The notes beneath the pieces are model-generated. The model was not told where the DNA came from. It worked only from the letters and a program-made list of their open reading frames with translations, and did no database searches. From Acidobacteriota bacterium (GTDB lineage Bacteria > Acidobacteriota > Polarisedimenticolia > J045), in contig JAXLQU010000002.1 in NCBI GenBank assembly GCA_046331425.1, forward strand, positions 6,398-70,397: a stretch of DNA of 64,000 bases, read 5' to 3'. Positions 58,625 to 64,000 of this stretch are shown here, piece after piece (positions within the stretch are counted from its first letter, which is position 1; every line of letters starts with the position of its first letter). The position numbers were made by a program, and so were the translations under genes.

Positions 58625-61600
58625 GTGAACTCCAATCAAGCGCCGAACGTTTCGCGGCCACGACGACTCGCGTCGTTGGCAGTCTGCGTCGCGCTCGCCG
58701 CCGCGGCAGCGACCGCCGCGGCTGCGCCTCTGAGTGTCCGCCGATACTCCACCGATGACGGCTTGCCGGCGCACACCATCAACGCAATTGCGCAAACCTC
58801 CGATGGATATTTGTGGCTGGCAACGGCAGGAGGCTTGGCGCGATTCGATGGCCAACGCTTCACGGTGTTCAGCACGCAGAGCGGACTGCCCAACAATCGC
58901 ATCGAGGCGTTGGCGGTCGATCGCGATGGTGCGCTGTGGCTGAGCCCGGAAGAAGGCTACGTGATGCGTCGCGACGGTCCCCGCTTCACGCACGTCGCCA
59001 GAGCCAAAAGCTGCCGCCAACTGGTGTTCGACCACAGCGCCAAGTTGTGGTGCGGGTACGAGCGCGCGCTGCAACGACTCGATGGCGACTCATGGCTCGA
59101 CGCCCCCGTGACGTTGTCCGCGAACCCGCAGCTGACGGTCGATGAGAACGGTGTGGCGTGGGGAGTTCTCTCCGATTTGCACCCGGCACGACTCGACGAC
59201 GGACGAATCGAAGCGCTGCCGTTTCAAGGCGACGTGACCACGCGCCTGGTCCGTTCGCTTTCCGATGGCTTGATACTGTTCTCGCGCGTCGTCGCCGGAA
59301 GAACGGAGGTCGTCGATGCCGACGGGCGCGCACGTTTTTCGATTCCGCGAGGCGATGACAGTCGCGCTTGGTTGATCGACCGTGACGGCGCGCTCTGGAC
59401 CACCACCGGCGAGGTGCTCGAGTTGTGGTTGCCGGCGCGCGAACAACCGCTGCTGCAGTTGATGCTCACGGAAGCGGGAACGGTGACCGGCGCGTTCGAA
59501 GATCGCGAACGCAACGTCTGGATCGGAAGCACGACCGGTGGCTTGTATCGCGTGCAGCGAACCTCGTTTCGTTGGTTCGGCGCCGCGCAAGGGATGCCGC
59601 TGGAGCGCGTGTGGTATTTGCGTGAGCTGTGGCATGGACCGCTGGTCGTTTCGCAGGGCAAGGCCAGCGCATACCGATTGGACGGCGATCGCTTCGTGGT
59701 CGATCCCGATCCACAACTCGAAGCGAACACGGTGAGCTACGACGTCGGCCCGGATGGGACCGAATGGCGCGGTACCGCGACTGGAGAAGTGCTCGTTCAG
59801 CGGACCGGTTCGACGCAGCGATGGGTGCTCTCGCCCACCGGCACCGAGCCGACGATCGGTGTTGCCGCCTCGCGATTGCAACCGGGTGTCGTTTGGGCGA
59901 TCACGCCCAGTGCGTTGTTTCGTGTCGAGCCGGGCGCACCGTCAGGGAACGACGTGCAACGTGTGATCGACGGTCTGGCGGTCACGCACTCCGTGCTCGA
60001 AGACACACAGGGTGCGGTCTGGGTCTCGACACAAGCGGGGTTGCATCGCTGGCTCGGCAGCGAGCACACCGCGTTCACTGCCAAGGATGGTGTGCCGATC
60101 GAGCCATTGCTTCAGATTCACAAAGATCGGTCCGGCACGTTGTGGATCGGAAGCTACGGCGGCGGTTTGGTCCGCAGCAAGAATGGCCGCTTCGCGGTGA
60201 TCGGTTCGCGCGACGGGCTGAGTGAGGATGTGGTTTCTGCGGTACTCGAGGACGATGCAGGAAACCTGTGGATGGCCGGCAACCGCGGCATCCAGCGCGT
60301 CAGCTTGGCGGAACTCAACGCGCGCGCCGAAGGCACGATCGCTCGCGTGCACGCGGTCGCGTACGGGCGTGACGCCGGTTTGATCAATCCAGAGGGAAGC
60401 GGTTACCCCGGCTTGAAGACCGGCGACGGACGACTGTGGTTTCCAATGCTCACCGGCTTGGCGGCGATCGATCCGAAACTCGCGACCAGCGTCGACGCAC
60501 GTGCGCCGCAGGTGGAGATCGAACGGGTGGACTGCACACCCGACCGCCGTCTCATGGTGGAGTACGCGGGCCTCAGCCTGAGTGCCGGCGAGCAACTGCG
60601 CTATCGCTACCAACTCGAGGGTTTCGACACCGAGTGGATCGACGCCGGCCCATCGCGCCAGGCGATCTACACCAACCTGCCTCCGGGTGACTACACGTTC
60701 TGCGTGCAGGCGGCGGTCGGTGGATCGGACTACACACTCGAGGCGGCGTCGCAGTCGATCTCGATTGCGCCCCGCTTCACTGAAACGCGTTTGTTCTATG
60801 CGCTCTGCGGGATCGCGGTGCTGTCACTGACGTTTGTTGCCGTGCGTTGGCGAACCGGCGCCTTGCGGTCGCGCACGGTCGAACTCGAGCGCGTGATCGA
60901 GGCTGTCGACCCGCCCCGAGCCCCATTGCAGGGGAGCGACTCGCTTGATTTCGCCAATCAGCCGGCAGACGCGACACCGGCGGGCGATGCTCCGCGATTC
61001 GCGGAGCAAACGCAGAAGTTGCCGGTGATACGCGATGCCGAAGTCGAGGTCGCCGCCGGCAACGAAGACCTACCTCTGGCGACGCAAGAAGCGGTCGAGG
61101 CCAGCTCGGTCGCGACCGGTAGTGAAGCCGCGATTATCGACCCGGCTGCGGCCGATTCGATGGCGCGTGAGCCGATCGCCGCCGAGCCGGTTGCGAGCGA
61201 GCCGGTCGCGGCCGATTCGACCGCGAGTGACTCGATCGCTGCAGACGAACCCGTCGTCCTCGTCCCGATCAGGACCGTGCTGCTGGTGGATGACAACGCT
61301 CAACTGCGCGCCTTCTTGCGGACCCATCTCGAACCGCGATTCGACGTGGTCGAGGCGAGCGACGGCGAGGATGGCTTGCGCGCCGCGCAACAGCACCGAC
61401 CCGACCTGATTCTGACCGATGCGGCGATGCCGATGATGGACGGCTTCGCGCTCTGCCGCGCGCTTCGACACGACCCATCGTTGAAGCAGGTGCCGGTGAT
61501 CTTGTTCGCCGAGCGGCCCTCGGCAGCGTCACCAGCGCCGCAGTCGTCGGATGAAATCGATGTGGCGGCCGATCTTTACCTTCCCAAGCCGTTTCAACCG

Positions 61601-61669
61601 AGTGAACTGCTCGACGGCATCGACGCACTGAGTCGGACGCGCCGCCGCCCCGCGCCCGGCGTGACATAA
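58625..61669 (+). CDS. Two-component-regulator propeller (Reg_prop) / Y_Y_Y domain protein with TM helix and C-terminal receiver domain
   Basis: GTG start. Signal peptide. Repeated GxxWIGTxxGL propeller units. TM LFYALCGIAVLSLTFVAV. C-terminal receiver TVLLVDDNAQLRAFL...DLILTDAAMPMMDGFALCRALR. Confidence 0.75.
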   Translation: MNSNQAPNVSRPRRLASLAVCVALAAAAATAAAAPLSVRRYSTDDGLPAHTINAIAQTSDGYLWLATAGGLARFDGQRFTVFSTQSGLPNNRIEALAVDRDGALWLSPEEGYVMRRDGPRFTHVARAKSCRQLVFDHSAKLWCGYERALQRLDGDSWLDAPVTLSANPQLTVDENGVAWGVLSDLHPARLDDGRIEALPFQGDVTTRLVRSLSDGLILFSRVVAGRTEVVDADGRARFSIPRGDDSRAWLIDRDGALWTTTGEVLELWLPAREQPLLQLMLTEAGTVTGAFEDRERNVWIGSTTGGLYRVQRTSFRWFGAAQGMPLERVWYLRELWHGPLVVSQGKASAYRLDGDRFVVDPDPQLEANTVSYDVGPDGTEWRGTATGEVLVQRTGSTQRWVLSPTGTEPTIGVAASRLQPGVVWAITPSALFRVEPGAPSGNDVQRVIDGLAVTHSVLEDTQGAVWVSTQAGLHRWLGSEHTAFTAKDGVPIEPLLQIHKDRSGTLWIGSYGGGLVRSKNGRFAVIGSRDGLSEDVVSAVLEDDAGNLWMAGNRGIQRVSLAELNARAEGTIARVHAVAYGRDAGLINPEGSGYPGLKTGDGRLWFPMLTGLAAIDPKLATSVDARAPQVEIERVDCTPDRRLMVEYAGLSLSAGEQLRYRYQLEGFDTEWIDAGPSRQAIYTNLPPGDYTFCVQAAVGGSDYTLEAASQSISIAPRFTETRLFYALCGIAVLSLTFVAVRWRTGALRSRTVELERVIEAVDPPRAPLQGSDSLDFANQPADATPAGDAPRFAEQTQKLPVIRDAEVEVAAGNEDLPLATQEAVEASSVATGSEAAIIDPAAADSMAREPIAAEPVASEPVAADSTASDSIAADEPVVLVPIRTVLLVDDNAQLRAFLRTHLEPRFDVVEASDGEDGLRAAQQHRPDLILTDAAMPMMDGFALCRALRHDPSLKQVPVILFAERPSAASPAPQSSDEIDVAADLYLPKPFQPSELLDGIDALSRTRRRPAPGVT

Positions 61670-61705
61670 GCGACGCATCACCCGGACGCGCACTCACCGC
61701 CGCTT

Positions 61706-62377
61706 TCAGTGCTGTGTGGCAACGTTCTCGATGGCGTCGCGATCGATCATCTCGATCCGCTTGCGGCCCAAGCGAACCCAGGAACGAGCGGCAAACCCTT
61801 CGAGAATGCGGCTCACGATCTCGCGTGACGTGCCGAGGTCATCGGCCAACTGCTGATGCGTGGCCTGAAGGAACGGGTCGCTGGAAGCGAGCAGCAGGCT
61901 CGCGACGCGCTGCTCGAGAGGCGACGCGGAGATCTGCGCAACGAGCTGCACCATCTCGGCAACTCGCGATCCCACGGCGTCGAACAGCGCCTGTTGTAGA
62001 TGACGCGAGGCCTCGCGCAGAACGCGGCACTCGCCGATCGGAATCAGCAGCAGGGTCAGGTCTGTATCGGCCAATCCCCGTGCGTGCGCCGTGCTATGGG
62101 TCAGCACGGCCAAGCTGGAAATCAAGCACAACTCGCCCGGCACCACGCGATACAAAAGAATCTCTCTCGCGTTTCCAGCCGGCACCACGACGCGCATCGT
62201 CCCCTCCAACACGAGCGGGAACGCCTGGCATGGTTCACCCGGTTCGAACAGCGCCGTCTGCGCATCCAGACGCATCGTCCGGGCCTGGGCCAGAAGATCG
62301 ACGGAGCGTTCGTGAGGCATCTGCTGCAACCACGGGTAGCGGGCGCGAGCGACTTCGATCGATTGACTACGTGTCAT
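61706..62377 (-). CDS. Crp/Fnr family transcriptional regulator
   Basis: cNMP-binding region (ALFEPGEPCQAFPLVLEGTMRVV...ELCLISSLAV). C-terminal HTH (HQQLADDLGTSREIVSRILEGFAARSWV). Confidence 0.8.
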   Translation of the reverse strand: MTRSQSIEVARARYPWLQQMPHERSVDLLAQARTMRLDAQTALFEPGEPCQAFPLVLEGTMRVVVPAGNAREILLYRVVPGELCLISSLAVLTHSTAHARGLADTDLTLLLIPIGECRVLREASRHLQQALFDAVGSRVAEMVQLVAQISASPLEQRVASLLLASSDPFLQATHQQLADDLGTSREIVSRILEGFAARSWVRLGRKRIEMIDRDAIENVATQH

Positions 62378-62684
62378 CACGGGCACGGTCCTTCCTCGTC
62401 GGTCGTACAACGGGAGTCCCGCAGTGCTGTACTGATACACCGGCACGGTCAAGAACGGCCCCGACCCGCGGCGGAGCCTCGAACCAAGTCGCGCTCGACA
62501 CGGGTGCGCGTGCCAACCGAGCGGGCCATCGATGGAAGAGCGAGGCGAGACGATGGCACCGGACGGCGATTGCTCGTTGGTCAGGGCGGTTGCCAGGCAA
62601 AAAAGCGGCTTGCGGCCGCTTGGTTTTGCCTGCGGCGTGATTTTGCTTGCGTCCAGGAGGGGTTTCGCGGCACAACCTGTTTCC

Positions 62685-64000
62685 ATGCGTCGATCCAATT
62701 CATGGCTCCCAACCCTGTTCGCTCTGATTCTCGCTAGCGGTTGCGCCACGCTCACCGAGCAACGGCGCGCGTCGCGTGAGGAACCCGACCAAGACTCGTG
62801 GTTCATCGCACAGCGCCTTTCGCTCGATAAGGTGATCCCGGTCGACGTGCGCCGGCAGGAGGTCGATCGACTGCTGCGCCGCGACGATTCCTCACCCGGC
62901 GTGTGGACCAACGTGGGGCCCACCAACATCGGTGGTCGCGTTTCGTCGTTGGCGATCGGGCGGGATGCGCTGGGAAACGAGCTGCTGTGGATGGGAAGCG
63001 CAGCCGGCGGGGTCTTCAGTTCGGCCGATGGCGGGGCGACATGGCTACCGCGGTTCGACACGCAGACCGCGCTATCGATTGGAGCCCTGGCGGTCCATCC
63101 AACCGACAAGAAGATCGTGTTCGTCGGCACCGGTGAGGAAGACCTGACCAGCGCTTCGTACGACGGCGAGGGGTTGTTCAAGACAACCGATGCCGGCGCG
63201 ACCTGGAGCTATGTTGGCTTGGCCGAAACGCGACGGATCGCCAAGATTGCGATCGACCCGTCGAATCCGCAGCGAATCTTCGTGGCCGCTGGTGGCGGTT
63301 TGTACTCGCAGGACAGCAATCGCGGTTTGTATCGAAGCGTGGACGGCGGTGTGAATTGGACCAAGGTCTTGTACGGCGATATCGATGCCGGCGTGATCGA
63401 CGTCGCGATCGATCCGTCCAACACGCAGCGCGTCTACGCGTCGATCTGGCAACACAGTCGCGCCAACAACAACACCGTGTGGGGCGGGACGAAGACGGGG
63501 TTGTATCGCTCGCTCGACGGCGGCAGTACTTGGACAAAGTTGAGCGGCGGATTCCCGACCGGATCGGTGGGACGAATCGGAATCGCGATCGCTCCATCGG
63601 CACCGGCGACCGTGTACACCTCCGTACGGCAGACCAGTGGGCTTCTGCAAGGGGTGTACAAATCGACGAACAGTGGCGATACCTGGACCCGCGTCGATCT
63701 CAATCTCGCGGCCTCGACCGCATCGTTCGGCTGGTGGTTTGGACCGATCTATGTCGCGCCCAACGATGTGAATAGCGTCTACTTCTTGGACCTGAACATC
63801 ATGAAGTCGAGCAACGGCGGCCGTAACTGGAGCTCGATCAGCAACCCGCTGCACGTCGATCAGCACGCCCTGATCGTCGAGTCTTCGACCGGGCGGTTGT
63901 TGGCCGGCAACGACGGCGGCTTCTACAAGAGCCTCAATGGCGGCAGCAGTTGGACGCGCTTCACGAGTTTGCCGACATCGCAGTTTTACGACATCTGCAC
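62685..64000 (+). CDS. BNR/Asp-box repeat (sortilin/VPS10- or xyloglucanase-like) lipoprotein, 3' end beyond window
   Basis: ATG at 62685. MRRSNSWLPTLFALILASGCAT (lipobox). Repeated SxDGGxTW units (SADGGATW, TTDAGATW, SVDGGVNW, SLDGGSTW, STNSGDTW, SSNGGRNW, SLNGGSSW). Absent from the ORF track because no stop lies within the window. Confidence 0.6.
   Translation, partial: MRRSNSWLPTLFALILASGCATLTEQRRASREEPDQDSWFIAQRLSLDKVIPVDVRRQEVDRLLRRDDSSPGVWTNVGPTNIGGRVSSLAIGRDALGNELLWMGSAAGGVFSSADGGATWLPRFDTQTALSIGALAVHPTDKKIVFVGTGEEDLTSASYDGEGLFKTTDAGATWSYVGLAETRRIAKIAIDPSNPQRIFVAAGGGLYSQDSNRGLYRSVDGGVNWTKVLYGDIDAGVIDVAIDPSNTQRVYASIWQHSRANNNTVWGGTKTGLYRSLDGGSTWTKLSGGFPTGSVGRIGIAIAPSAPATVYTSVRQTSGLLQGVYKSTNSGDTWTRVDLNLAASTASFGWWFGPIYVAPNDVNSVYFLDLNIMKSSNGGRNWSSISNPLHVDQHALIVESSTGRLLAGNDGGFYKSLNGGSSWTRFTSLPTSQFYDIC

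Noticed and set aside
56002-58635. 877-aa minus-strand ORF
   Set aside because: Antisense to the BNR-repeat gene. No domain signal. Gly/Arg/Ala-rich.

Overview
High-GC (about 68%) bacterial chromosomal segment. The gene content (TPR-linked Ser/Thr kinases, ECF sigma/anti-sigma pair, CHAT-TPR protein, large secreted beta-helix and BNR-repeat proteins, PQQ-type beta-propeller) suggests a Myxococcota-, Gemmatimonadota- or Acidobacteriota-like genome. The centre of the window (about 22.9-40.0 kb) holds a class 1 CRISPR-Cas locus with the hallmarks of the I-G (formerly I-U) lineage. It comprises a Cas4-Cas1 fusion, Cas2, a leader, an array of 35 repeats (36 nt, ATCTCCGCGTTCGAAAGAACGCGGCCCCATTGAAGC, with an 8-bp stem plus GAAA loop and an I-C/I-U-like ATTGAAGC 3' handle) and 34 spacers, and a Cas3 with a C-terminal HD domain. 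Three translationally coupled effector genes follow Cas3 in a non-canonical order; they are divergent and I cannot assign them to Cas5, Cas6, Cas7 or Cas8 with confidence. About 5.6 kb upstream lies a decayed duplicate of the cas1 3' end, cas2 5' end, leader tail and a degenerate repeat. Between the duplicate and the intact adaptation module sits a 919-aa gene with two SEC-C zinc motifs. A mini HTH (excisionase-family) ORF with an in-frame amber codon overlaps the cas3 start and is preceded by TGATCA-containing direct repeats. Outside the locus: a response regulator with zinc ribbons, a LysM/M23 peptidase, a HEAT protein, a GNDxY-repeat secreted protein, a CadC-like regulator, an S41 peptidase, a cPGS-like P-loop protein, an MmcQ/YjbR protein, a lipoate-protein ligase adjacent to a four-gene 2-oxoacid dehydrogenase operon (E1 alpha, E1 beta, E2, E3), a two-component propeller response regulator, and Crp/Fnr. 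Several genes are frameshifted (adhesin, DUF222/HNH, M64 peptidase). Several CRISPR repeats carry single-base indels at homopolymers, so some frameshifts may be assembly artefacts rather than real pseudogenes. Long ORFs antisense to real genes are GC-driven artefacts and were not called.
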